From Gammaproteobacteria bacterium (GTDB lineage Bacteria; Pseudomonadota; Gammaproteobacteria; Steroidobacterales; Rariloculaceae): 64,000 bases of DNA. Below, piece after piece: positions 26,262-34,510 of the stretch; the stretch's first letter is position 1; each line of letters begins with the position of its first letter. The notes beneath the pieces were generated by a model. The model was not told the DNA's origin. It made no database searches and was given only the letters and a program-made list of their open reading frames with translations. The stretch covers positions 5,094 to 69,093 of the forward strand of contig DASZSB010000086.1 in the NCBI GenBank assembly GCA_035548835.1, written 5' to 3'. A program made the translations under genes and the position numbers.

Positions 26262-26336
26262 CGCGGCGCCTGCACCCTCCCGGGGCGATGAGCGCCCCTG
26301 CCCGTGTGACGCGTGTCTTAGGTTGAACCGCCGGAC

Positions 26337-26364
26337 GCGCCTATTCTTTTCACAAAATAGGCGC
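26337..26364. promoter_or_regulatory. Inverted repeat upstream of the ParA-like gene
   Basis: GCGCCTATT-(10 nt)-AATAGGCGC with perfect 9-bp arms, 21 nt before the ATG at 26385. No T-tract follows, so a terminator role is unlikely. Confidence 0.4.
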
Positions 26365-26384
26365 AGGCAAGCGGGATCCCGGTC

Positions 26385-27107
26385 ATGAGCATGAAGTCGA
26401 CGCTGGTGATCAATGCGAAGGGTGGCGTGGGCAAGACCACGATCACCACGAATCTCGCGAGCTACTTCGCTTCACGGGGCGTTTCCACCGCCATCGCGGA
26501 TTACGACCCGCAGAGCTCGAGCCTGAACTGGCTCGCGCAGCGCTCGGCCGAGGCGCCGACGATCCACGGCGCGGACCTCGCGCCACGTGCCGGGCTCACG
26601 TTGCAGAACGGCCGGCGGCAGATTCCTCTCAGCACCCGCCAGCTGATCATCGACGCGCCGGCAGGACCGTCGCGTCTGCTGCTGCAGGACCTGATGCAGC
26701 GCACGCAGTCGATCCTGATTCCCGTGGCGCCTTCCGCCATCGACATCCACGCGACGGCGAACTTCATCAAGGAGCTGCTGCTGGTCGGGCAGGTGCGCTT
26801 CCGCCACATCCGCGTCGCCGTGATCGCGAACCGCGTGCGCAACGCGCGGCCCGTGTACGAGCCTCTCGAGCGGTTCGTCGCGTCGCTCGGCATCGCGTTC
26901 CTGACGCGCGTCAGCGATTCGGACGTGTACGTCGACGCGGCCGAGAAGGGCCTCGGGATCTTCGACCTGCCGCCCGAGCAGTGCGCGAGCGAGCTGCGCG
27001 AGTTCCAGCCGATCGTGCAGTGGCTGACCGGCGACAGCCCCGTCGAGAGCCCGGCTCCGGCTCCTGAGCCGAGCAACGTCATTCAATTGAACGTCGCGCG
27101 CGCCTAG
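26385..27107 (+). CDS. ParA/MinD-family P-loop ATPase (orphan)
   Basis: 240 aa. Deviant Walker A NAKGGVGKTT and DYDPQSS. No parB-like gene is adjacent. Confidence 0.8.
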   Translation: MSMKSTLVINAKGGVGKTTITTNLASYFASRGVSTAIADYDPQSSSLNWLAQRSAEAPTIHGADLAPRAGLTLQNGRRQIPLSTRQLIIDAPAGPSRLLLQDLMQRTQSILIPVAPSAIDIHATANFIKELLLVGQVRFRHIRVAVIANRVRNARPVYEPLERFVASLGIAFLTRVSDSDVYVDAAEKGLGIFDLPPEQCASELREFQPIVQWLTGDSPVESPAPAPEPSNVIQLNVARA

Positions 27108-27135
27108 CGCCGCGCTTTCCGCTTCGGCACGACTC

Positions 27136-29280
27136 TCACCGCACGTGCTGCGTGCGGAACGGCTTCGATTTGCCCTTCGCGCCGCGCTTACCCTCGGGCG
27201 CCGTCGGCCGGCCCGTGCCCTTCGGCTGGAAGCGCGGGATCAGCTGGTGCTTGCCGTTGCCGATCAGGTCGGCGCGGCCCATGCGCTTCAACGCCTCGCG
27301 CAGCATGGGCCAGTTGTTCGGGTCGTGGTAGCGCAGGAACGCCTTGTGCAACCTGCGAACCTTGAGTCCACGCGGAATCACGACTTCCTCTGACGTACGC
27401 GACACGCGCTTCAGCGGGTTCTTGCCGGAGTAGTACATCGCGGTGGCCGTGGCCATCGGGCTCGGCAGGAATGCCTGCACCTGGTCCGCGCGGAAACCAT
27501 TCTTCTTCAGCCACAGCGCGAGCTCGAGCATGTCCTCGTCGGTGGTGCCGGGATGCGCGGCGATGAAGTACGGGATCAGGTACTGCTCCTTGCCCGCGGC
27601 CTGCGAGTAGCGGTCGAAGAGCTGCTTGAATTTGTAGTAGGTGCCCACTCCGGGCTTCATCATCTTCGAGAGCGGCCCCTCGCTGATCGCCTCGGGCGCG
27701 ATCTTCAGGTACCCGCCGACGTGGTGCTGGGCCAGCTCCTTCACGTATTCGGGCGACTCGATCGCGAGGTCGTAACGCACACCTGAAGCGATCAGCACCT
27801 TCTTGATGCCCGGCAGCTCGCGGGCGCGGCGGTACAGCTTGATCAGCGGCGCGTGGTTCGTGTTCAGGTTCGGGCACACGGCGGGGTACACGCACGACGG
27901 GCGCCGGCAGGCCGCTTCGACCTCGCGGCTCTTGCACGCAATCCGGTACATGTTCGCCGTGGGGCCGCCCAGGTCCGAGATCACGCCGGTGAAGCCCGGC
28001 ACCGTGTCGCGGATCGTTTCGATCTCGCGCACGATCGAGTCCTCGCTGCGGTTCTGGATGACGCGCCCTTCATGCTCCGTGATCGAGCAGAACGTGCAGC
28101 CGCCGAAGCAGCCCCGCTGGATCGTGACGGAGAACCGGATCATCTCGTAGGCCGGGATCTTCGCGTCGCCATAGGACGGATGTGGCACGCGCGCGTAGGG
28201 TAGCTCGTAGATCCGATCCATCTCGGGGCTCGTGAGCGGCAGCGGCGGCGGATTGAGCCACACGTCGCTGACGCCGTGGCGTTGCACAAGCGCGCGCGCG
28301 TTGCCGGCGTTCGCCTCCATGTGCAGGATGCGCGACGCGTGCGCGTACAGCACGGGGTCGTCCCGGACCTGCTCGTAGCCCGGCAGGCGGATGTAACTGC
28401 GGTCGCGGTCGGCCGCGCGCACGCGCCGTGCGAAACGCACGACGTGCACGTGCGCTTCGCCGGGCGCTGCACCCGCGCCCGCGGTGGGTGCGTGCGGCGG
28501 CTGTGCGGCGTACGGATCGGGGTGGCCGTCGACCGGCCCCGGTGTGTCGAGATGCGTGGAGTCGATCTCCGTCCAGTCGCCGTCCAGCGGGCCACCGAGC
28601 AGGGCGGTGCCGCGCACGTTGCGGATGTCCGCCGGCTTTTCGCCGGCTGCGAGTCGATGCGCGATCTCGACGATCTGGCGCTCGCCGTTGCCGAACACGA
28701 GCAGGTCGGCACGCGAGTCGAGCAGGATCGAGCGGCGCACCTTCTCCTGCCAGTAGTCGTAATGGGCGATGCGGCGCAGGCTGGCTTCGATGCCCCCGAT
28801 GACGATGGGCGTATCGGCGAACGCCTCGCGCACGCGCTGCGAATAGACGATCACGCTGCGATCGGGGCGGGCGCCGCCCGCGCCGTGCGGTGTGTAGGCG
28901 TCGTCGCTGCGCACGCGCTTGTCCGCCGTGTAGCGGTTCACCATGGAGTCCATGTTGCCGGCGGTGATGCCGAAGAAGAGGCTCGGCGTGCCGAGCTTTT
29001 CGAAGTCGGCGGTGGACCGCCAGTCCGGCTGCGCGATGATGCCCACACGGAACCCCTGCGCCTCGAGCACGCGGCCGACGATGGCCATTCCGAAGCTCGG
29101 GTGATCGACGTAGGCGTCACCGGTCACGAGGATCACGTCGCACTGGTCCCAGCCCAGGGCGTCCATCTCGTCTCGCGACATCGGCAGGAACGGTGCCGGC
29201 GTCAGTCGGTGCGCCCAATACTTGCGGTACCCGAACAGATCGGGCGCTCTTAGCAGGGGTTGGACGGCGGTGGAATGCAT
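27136..29280 (-). CDS. ygiQ: YgiQ family radical SAM protein
   Basis: 714 aa. N-terminal [34 protein letters not shown], the radical-SAM cluster motif CFGGCTFCS, and a basic C-terminal tail. Confidence 0.85.
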   Translation of the reverse strand: MHSTAVQPLLRAPDLFGYRKYWAHRLTPAPFLPMSRDEMDALGWDQCDVILVTGDAYVDHPSFGMAIVGRVLEAQGFRVGIIAQPDWRSTADFEKLGTPSLFFGITAGNMDSMVNRYTADKRVRSDDAYTPHGAGGARPDRSVIVYSQRVREAFADTPIVIGGIEASLRRIAHYDYWQEKVRRSILLDSRADLLVFGNGERQIVEIAHRLAAGEKPADIRNVRGTALLGGPLDGDWTEIDSTHLDTPGPVDGHPDPYAAQPPHAPTAGAGAAPGEAHVHVVRFARRVRAADRDRSYIRLPGYEQVRDDPVLYAHASRILHMEANAGNARALVQRHGVSDVWLNPPPLPLTSPEMDRIYELPYARVPHPSYGDAKIPAYEMIRFSVTIQRGCFGGCTFCSITEHEGRVIQNRSEDSIVREIETIRDTVPGFTGVISDLGGPTANMYRIACKSREVEAACRRPSCVYPAVCPNLNTNHAPLIKLYRRARELPGIKKVLIASGVRYDLAIESPEYVKELAQHHVGGYLKIAPEAISEGPLSKMMKPGVGTYYKFKQLFDRYSQAAGKEQYLIPYFIAAHPGTTDEDMLELALWLKKNGFRADQVQAFLPSPMATATAMYYSGKNPLKRVSRTSEEVVIPRGLKVRRLHKAFLRYHDPNNWPMLREALKRMGRADLIGNGKHQLIPRFQPKGTGRPTAPEGKRGAKGKSKPFRTQHVR

Positions 29281-29364
29281 CGGCGGCGTGGGTCGTTGCG
29301 GAGGCGTGGTGCCAGTACGGCGAGCAGGGTATCACCGCACCGGTGGGGCGGTTAGTCGAAAATA

Positions 29365-29413
29365 CTTTACAGTGAGGTGAAGATTTCGCACTGTATGTAA
29401 AGAAAAACATACA
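29365..29413. promoter_or_regulatory. Two inverted repeats in an A/T-rich promoter region (candidate XRE operator)
   Basis: TACAGTG (29368..29374) pairs with CACTGTA (29389..29395). TGTATG (29392..29397) pairs with CATACA (29408..29413). Both lie just upstream of the ATG at 29427. Confidence 0.4.
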
Positions 29414-29426
29414 ACGAGCGCGTGCC

Positions 29427-29852
29427 ATGTCGTTCCGCGAGAAAAGCGCCTGGATCTCGCTCGTCTGCCTGCTGTTGCCGACGGTGGCGTTCACCGTCGG
29501 TCAACACTTCCACCCGCACGACGCGCAGGGCCATGACCTCGTGAACCCTCTGCACCTGGTGCTCGCGATCCTCGGCGGGTTCCTGCTGCTGCAGGCGGTG
29601 CTGCACCTGATCGTCGTGTTGCGAGCGCCGCGAGATGCGCGCACGCCGAAGGACGAGCGCGAACGACTGATAGAGCTGCGTGCTGCGCGGGTGGGTTTCT
29701 ACGCCCTCGTGATCGGCGAGTTCGTGGCGATGGCGCTGTTCCACGCGCACGGCCGTGCGTTCACGTTGATGAATACCGTGCTGCTGGCCATCCTGGTCGC
29801 ATGGCTCCTGAAACTCGGCAGCGAGGTCGCGTTGTACCGGCGGGGTGGTTGA
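29427..29852 (+). CDS. Small membrane protein (DUF2178-like)
   Basis: 141 aa with 4 predicted TM helices and a central [12 protein letters not shown] segment. Its stop overlaps the start of the following HTH gene. Confidence 0.6.
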   Translation: MSFREKSAWISLVCLLLPTVAFTVGQHFHPHDAQGHDLVNPLHLVLAILGGFLLLQAVLHLIVVLRAPRDARTPKDERERLIELRAARVGFYALVIGEFVAMALFHAHGRAFTLMNTVLLAILVAWLLKLGSEVALYRRGG

Positions 29853-30072
29853 CATGCCGGGTCTGCCCATCGACAACCGGATTCGCCGTTTGCGCTTCGA
29901 GCACGGCGAGATGACGCAACAGCAGCTCGCTGAGCGCATAGGGGTCACGCGGCAGACGGTCAATGCGATCGAGCTCGGCAAATACTCGCCATCGCTCGAG
30001 GTAGCCTTCCGGATCGCGGCGGTGTTCGGTGTGCCGCTGGAGCAGGTCTTCCAGTATCGCCACTCTGACTAG
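29845..30072 (+). CDS. XRE/Cro-family helix-turn-helix transcriptional regulator
   Basis: About 72-75 aa. [57 protein letters not shown]. Start is GTG 29845 or ATG 29854. Confidence 0.85.
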   Translation: MVDMPGLPIDNRIRRLRFEHGEMTQQQLAERIGVTRQTVNAIELGKYSPSLEVAFRIAAVFGVPLEQVFQYRHSD

Positions 30073-30136
30073 CTGGCTGGCGCCTGCGCAGGAAGCTCCT
30101 TACTGTGGCGGCTCCGAGTCAGCCGTACGAGGGGCG

Positions 30137-30703
30137 ATGACGGTCTTCATATCGATGCTGCGCGCCGTCAACGTGGGCGGCACGAGCCGGATCAGGATGG
30201 AACCGCTGCGCACGGCCTACGAAGCCATGGGATTCAGGGACGTGCGCTCGCTGCTGCAGAGCGGCAACGTGCTGTTCCGCAGCAGCGTCAGGGACCGTGC
30301 GCAGCTCTCCCGGCGAATCGGTCAGGAGCTCGAACGGCGGTTCGGGCTCGAGATCGAGGTCGTGATCCGCACGCTGGCGGAGCTCGAGAGCATCTTCGAG
30401 CGCAGCCCGGTGCTGTCCCCGCAGGCGGACCCCGCCAAGCTGCTCGTGATGTTCCTCGCCGGCGTGCCGGCTGCCCAGGCCCAGGCCCGGCTCGCCAGGT
30501 CTCACAAAGGGCCGGAGATGCTCGAGATCCGTGGCCCCGAGGTGTACCTCTACTATCCCGACGGCGTCGGCCGCTCGAGACTCACCGCTGCCGTGATCGA
30601 GAGCCATCTCGAGGTCGCCGGCACCGCCCGCAACTGGAACACGCTGACGAAGCTGCTCGAAGCCGCGCGCGAGATCGAACGGGGCGCGCCGGCGGCACGG
30701 TAA
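30137..30703 (+). CDS. DUF1697 domain protein
   Basis: 188 aa from MTVFISMLRAVNVGGTSRIRM, which matches the DUF1697 N-terminal signature LLRGINVGG as I recall it. Confidence 0.7.
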   Translation: MTVFISMLRAVNVGGTSRIRMEPLRTAYEAMGFRDVRSLLQSGNVLFRSSVRDRAQLSRRIGQELERRFGLEIEVVIRTLAELESIFERSPVLSPQADPAKLLVMFLAGVPAAQAQARLARSHKGPEMLEIRGPEVYLYYPDGVGRSRLTAAVIESHLEVAGTARNWNTLTKLLEAAREIERGAPAAR

Positions 30704-30738
30704 TATCACCACACGATCCACTGCGAGGGGCTCGAGCC

Positions 30739-31074
30739 ATGACCGAGGAGTCTGGTGACCGTTCGTCGTCCGATCAGCCGCGGCCGCTCGAGGAACACCT
30801 GACCGCGCGTTCCACCTGGTTGCGCCTGGTATTCATGATCGTGCTCGGTATCTGCCACGAGCTCGCGCGCCTCGTGGGTGCGGTGGTCGTGATCCTGCAG
30901 TTCCTGCACGTGCTGTTCACGGGCGCGCCGAACGACCGACTGAAGGACGTGGGTCTGTCGCTCGCGCAGTACGTGCGGCAGGTCATCGAGTACCTGACCT
31001 TCAACACCGAGGTGCGACCGTTCCCGTTCGATGCGGAATGGCCCGCGCCGCGGCCGCCGCAGTCCCGCTCATAG
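30739..31074 (+). CDS. DUF4389 domain membrane protein
   Basis: 111 aa. WLRLVFMIVLGI...VVVILQFLHVLFTG...YLTFNTEVRPFPF matches my recollection of DUF4389. Confidence 0.65.
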   Translation: MTEESGDRSSSDQPRPLEEHLTARSTWLRLVFMIVLGICHELARLVGAVVVILQFLHVLFTGAPNDRLKDVGLSLAQYVRQVIEYLTFNTEVRPFPFDAEWPAPRPPQSRS

Positions 31075-32013
31075 GCGATCGAGCCAGCGGCCGGTCGTCG
31101 TTTCACGCCGGCTGTCGAACGCGGCGCGTGCAGCGTGCGTGTAGGGTGTGAGCTGACGCACGCCGTAGCGCACGAAGCCGGCCGTGTGCATCTCCCGCAG
31201 CGACTGCCTGTAGTGCGCGAGCAGCGCGCCCGACAGCGCCGTGCCGCCGTGCTTCAGGACGATCGCGGCCGAGCGCGACAGGACGCGCGCCCGCTCGGGC
31301 AGCTCGCTGACGGCGGATACCGCGAGCAGGGACGATACCTCGAACACCGAGCGGCCTTCGTCGTGCGCCGTGATGCGGAGGTCCCGCCACAGGCCGGTCA
31401 CCGCGGTGGGCAAGGGCAGCTGCGGCGTGGGCAGGTGTCGCGCCTCGGCCGCGAAGCGTGACCACTCGCGCCGCAGGCTCGCAACGTCGAGCGGCGGCAT
31501 CGCCACCGTGTCGGCCAGGTGCGCGGCGCTGCGCTCGAGGCCCGCCAGCAGCTGCTCCATCGACGCGAACGTGCTGCCGGCTTCGAGCAGCCCTTCGCGT
31601 TGCAATTCTGCGGCGATGCCCGGAATGATGCGCCGGCCGAATCCGCAGACGTCGGCCAGCGCGGCGAGCACCCAGACCGGCGACGCGCGAAACGCCAGGA
31701 TGCCCATGATCTCGATACCGTTGCCGGCCGTGCGCCGCGCGAGGAAGTTCTGGCCGATCTCCTCGTCGGTAGGGGCGACCCCGCGAACCTGACCGACGTC
31801 GGCCAGCAGGAATTTGAGCGGCACGTCGACGAGATTGCGGTACAGCCGGCCGCGGCGCAGCCCGACCGGCAGCGCTACGACGGCCACCTCGTGCACGACG
31901 CCGGCGGTCAATGCGGATGCCGAGCGCACGAGACGCTCGGGCAGTGATGCGACGTAGCGAACGCCGGGGCGTCTGCCGAAGCGCCGAAGGCGATCCTTCA
32001 CGGCCATGGCCAC
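31069..32013 (-). CDS. Conserved-looking hypothetical protein
   Basis: 314 aa with GC-rich third positions. GTG start at 32013 or ATG at 32007. No family recognised. Confidence 0.55.
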   Translation of the reverse strand: MAMAVKDRLRRFGRRPGVRYVASLPERLVRSASALTAGVVHEVAVVALPVGLRRGRLYRNLVDVPLKFLLADVGQVRGVAPTDEEIGQNFLARRTAGNGIEIMGILAFRASPVWVLAALADVCGFGRRIIPGIAAELQREGLLEAGSTFASMEQLLAGLERSAAHLADTVAMPPLDVASLRREWSRFAAEARHLPTPQLPLPTAVTGLWRDLRITAHDEGRSVFEVSSLLAVSAVSELPERARVLSRSAAIVLKHGGTALSGALLAHYRQSLREMHTAGFVRYGVRQLTPYTHAARAAFDSRRETTTGRWLDRL

Positions 32014-32098
32014 ACCGTATCACGGCGGCGAATTGCCGCGCGTTGCACTTGCGTTTTTCCCCGCTCTTAGAGACGCTTACCGAAGGTCCAACAGCCCG

Positions 32099-32111
32099 AA
32101 GGAGGTGATCC
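32099..32111 (+). promoter_or_regulatory. 13-nt perfect complement to the canonical 16S rRNA 3' tail (extended Shine-Dalgarno), or an anti-SD mimic if read on the minus strand
   Basis: AAGGAGGTGATCC. The GGAGG core lies 7 nt upstream of the ATG at 32113. The minus strand reads GGATCACCTCCTT. Confidence 0.45.
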
Positions 32112-32112
32112 C

Positions 32113-32184
32113 ATGTCTAGTGAGATTCTTGGGGTTTCAGTACGTTGTGAGTGCCGTCCGCAAGGCGAGGTACTTAGCAACTGA
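32113..32184 (+). CDS. Candidate 23-codon sORF (MSSEILGVSVRCECRPQGEVLSN)
   Basis: ATG at ideal spacing from the extended SD and a TGA stop, followed 28 nt later by an intrinsic terminator. About half its codons end in A/T, which is atypical for this genome. It is absent from the ORF track because it is too short. Confidence 0.2.
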   Translation: MSSEILGVSVRCECRPQGEVLSN

Positions 32185-32211
32185 CCCTTAGGGTTGAGAC
32201 CCCGTCTCACG

Positions 32212-32243
32212 GAGGGCCGCCGAGCGCGGCCCTCTCTATTTGT
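32212..32243 (+). terminator. Rho-independent terminator-like hairpin
   Basis: GAGGGCCGC-cgagc-GCGGCCCTC (9-bp stem, 5-nt loop) followed by TCTATTTGT. Confidence 0.5.
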
Positions 32244-32329
32244 GAGGCTGCGTTTCGTCGCACAGCGTTACGTTTTTGAACCAACATCTGGCCGGATCGG
32301 CCATGCAACGCGCGAGCGGCTCTCATGCC

Positions 32330-32560
32330 GCGAGTCGCGGGTGCCCGACCCGCCAAGGCGGCGGTCGAGGTCCGCGCAACTGGCACGAATCCTGCTAATG
32401 ACACAGCGGGTCTCCCGTCGTGAGCTCTGCAGAGGTCTGACCAACCGAACCGAGCCGCCTGCTGTGTTTCCTCCCCGATACTCAACGGCAGCCGGCGGGA
32501 GACCCGCCTTAAGCGCCGGTCGCGAATCCGGGACGGCGCGTCCCAGTTTGCAGGCTGAAC
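32330..32560. ncRNA. Candidate structured RNA element of unknown class
   Basis: No plausible CDS. A 15-bp long-range helix pairs 32406..32420 with 32493..32507. A mutually exclusive 7-bp pairing joins 32401..32407 to 32461..32467. Several local hairpins are present, for example 32530..32544. The strand is not determined. Confidence 0.3.
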
Positions 32561-32727
32561 CAACCGCGCGGCACGCCGGTCAATATGTCTCGTAGCGCCG
32601 GCCGGCGCGGCCGCCAATCGAAGGCCAGACGTGACGGAAGTCCGCGCTCGGATTGGCAATTTCCCGGCATGACGAGCAAAATATGATTTTGGGCCGCGCA
32701 CTTGCGTGGTCCGCGGACGGAGAACGT

Positions 32728-32940
32728 ATGGGCGCACTTAGCATCTGGCACTGGCTGGTCGTTTTGCTGATCGTCGCGATGATCTTCGGCACGAAGCGCC
32801 TGAAGGACATCGGTGGCGATCTGGGTGGCGCCGTCAAGAGCTTTCGCAAGGCCATGAGCCAGGTGGAAGAAGACGAAAACGCGGGTCCTCCGAAGCAGCT
32901 GACGCGCGAAGAGCCCCAAGAAAACCAGGAAAAGAAGTAA
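32728..32940 (+). CDS. tatA: Twin-arginine translocase subunit TatA/E
   Basis: 70 aa from [43 protein letters not shown] with GGAG upstream. The tracked ORF 32653..32940 has an unsupported 5' extension. Confidence 0.85.
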   Translation: MGALSIWHWLVVLLIVAMIFGTKRLKDIGGDLGGAVKSFRKAMSQVEEDENAGPPKQLTREEPQENQEKK

Positions 32941-33015
32941 ACTCCCTGCCCGGCGTGGGCTGCGAACCTCCGGGTCGTCGCCCGCGCTCCATTCCTGTCG
33001 CGCGAACGTTCAGCT

Positions 33016-33936
33016 ATGCAGTGGCGCACGCCTAATTTCAATTTCGTCAAATGGCGTCGAGTTGCGATGATCGGCTCGACGATCGCGAACCTCATCGCGA
33101 TCGGGGCCATCATCCATGGCCTGAACTACGGCGTCGACTTCACGGGCGGTGTCGTCGTCGAGGCTTCCTATACGTCGCCGGCCAATCTCGACGCGATCCG
33201 CACGGGTCTCGAGGGCGCCGGATTCCAGTCGGTTCAGGTGCAGAATTTCGGTTCGACTTCGGACGTCATGATCCGGCTGCCGCCGATCGGCGAGCGCAGC
33301 ACCGTTGCGGTGCAGGATCAGGTCGTGTCCGTGCTGAAGACCGCGGGCTCCGACGTTACCCTGAAGCGGCTCGAAAACATCGGCCCGCAGGTCGGCGAGG
33401 ACCTCGCGCAGCAGGGCTTCCTCGCCATGGTGTTCGCCCTCGCCATGGTCTTCATCTACGTCATGGTGCGTTTCCGCTGGAAGCTCGCGCTCGGCGCCAT
33501 CGTCGCGACGCTGCATGACGTGCTGATCACGGCCGGTGCATTCGCGGTGTTCGGCTGGCAATTCGACCTGACGGTGCTCGGTTCGATCCTCGCGGTGCTC
33601 GGCTATTCGCTGAACGACACGATCGTCATCTACGACCGTATCCGCGACAACTTCCGCAGCATGCGTCGCAGCGCGCCGGAGGCGATCGTCAACACATCGG
33701 TCAACCAGACGCTGTCGCGTACGGTCATCACCAGCGGCACGACGTTGCTGACGGTCATCGCGCTGTTCCTGTTCGGCGGCGACGCCCTGAAGGGCTTCTC
33801 GCTCGCGCTGATCATCGGCATCGTCGTCGGCACCTACTCGTCCGTGTACGTGGCGAGCTCGATGGCGCTCGTGCTGAACATCGTGCCGGCCGATTTCACC
33901 GAAACCAAGACCGAAAGGGTCGACGAGCTGCCCTAG
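33016..33936 (+). CDS. secF: Protein translocase subunit SecF
   Basis: 306 aa. FNFVKWRRVAMIGS...GLNYGVDFTGG and YSLNDTIVIYDRIRDN, with the 6-TM SecF architecture. Confidence 0.85.
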   Translation: MQWRTPNFNFVKWRRVAMIGSTIANLIAIGAIIHGLNYGVDFTGGVVVEASYTSPANLDAIRTGLEGAGFQSVQVQNFGSTSDVMIRLPPIGERSTVAVQDQVVSVLKTAGSDVTLKRLENIGPQVGEDLAQQGFLAMVFALAMVFIYVMVRFRWKLALGAIVATLHDVLITAGAFAVFGWQFDLTVLGSILAVLGYSLNDTIVIYDRIRDNFRSMRRSAPEAIVNTSVNQTLSRTVITSGTTLLTVIALFLFGGDALKGFSLALIIGIVVGTYSSVYVASSMALVLNIVPADFTETKTERVDELP

Positions 33937-33955
33937 GCGGGCGTCACGTCCCGTC

Positions 33956-34510
33956 GTGCGGCCGACCGAAGCGCGCGTATACCTCGAGGCCCCGAGCGCC
34001 CGCCGCGAGCGGGACTATCTCGATGCCTGCCTTCGCAGCCGCGCGCTGCACCGCGGCTTGGTGGCTCCCGGTCCAGGCCCCGCCCGGTACGCCGAGTTCC
34101 TCGATCGCGCTGGCCGTCCCGACCGGCGCTCGTTCTTCGTGATCGCGGCCGCGACGGCAGAGCTCGCGGGCGTCGTCGAGATCCTCGACATGCTGCCCGA
34201 GCCGGCGCTCGCGGGACGCCTCGCGTACTGCGCATTCGTGCCGCACGCAGGGACGGGGCTCATGTGCGAGGGTGTGCGGTTGGCCGTGGACGCCGCGTTT
34301 CGCGACGTCGGCCTGGCCCGGCTCGCGGCCGATATCGAGCCCGGCAACCGGCGCTCACGCGCTCTCGCGCAGCGCCTGGGATTCCGCTGCGATCAGGCCC
34401 GGCGCGTCAGCCTTAAGATCGGCACCCGGTGGCGCGATCACGAACGGTGGCTGTTGGAACGGGCCGACTGGCCGGGCGCGGTCACGACGCCGACGTGCGC
34501 GCGTAGCTGA
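33956..34510 (+). CDS. GNAT family N-acetyltransferase (RimJ/RimL-like)
   Basis: 184 aa with a GTG start. GLARLAADIEPGNRRSRALAQRLGFR is a typical acetyl-CoA-binding region. Confidence 0.7.
   Translation: MRPTEARVYLEAPSARRERDYLDACLRSRALHRGLVAPGPGPARYAEFLDRAGRPDRRSFFVIAAATAELAGVVEILDMLPEPALAGRLAYCAFVPHAGTGLMCEGVRLAVDAAFRDVGLARLAADIEPGNRRSRALAQRLGFRCDQARRVSLKIGTRWRDHERWLLERADWPGAVTTPTCARS

Noticed and set aside
32099-32111. A fragment of a 16S rRNA gene on the minus strand (GGATCACCTCCTT).
   Set aside because: Identity to the 16S 3' end stops after 13 nt. The upstream bases (ACTAGACATG) do not resemble the conserved CTGCGGTTGGATCACC context, and no rRNA operon features are nearby.
32330-32510. 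Cobalamin riboswitch. GGGAGACCCGCC resembles the B12 box, and CGCGCAACTGG and GAATCC resemble other conserved blocks.
   Set aside because: Only about 11 of 17 B12-box positions match. The blocks occur in the wrong order relative to the consensus, the GGGAA and GCCACUG cores are missing, and neither flanking gene is B12-related. A cmscan run would settle it.
32513-32535. tRNA-like T-arm (CCGG-TCGCGAAT-CCGG).
   Set aside because: The loop is 8 nt and lacks the TTC motif. No acceptor, D or anticodon arms can be built around it.
32014-32727. RNase P RNA, tmRNA, SRP/4.5S RNA or 6S RNA in the long gap.
   Set aside because: GACGGAAGTCCGCGCTCGG (about 32632) is only a partial match to the RNase P P4 strand (GAGGAAAGUCCGGGCUC). 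No matching ACAGAACCCGGCUUA strand exists. There is no tRNA-like 3' end with CCA, no tag reading frame ending in ALAA, and no GGAAGGAAGCAGCC SRP motif.
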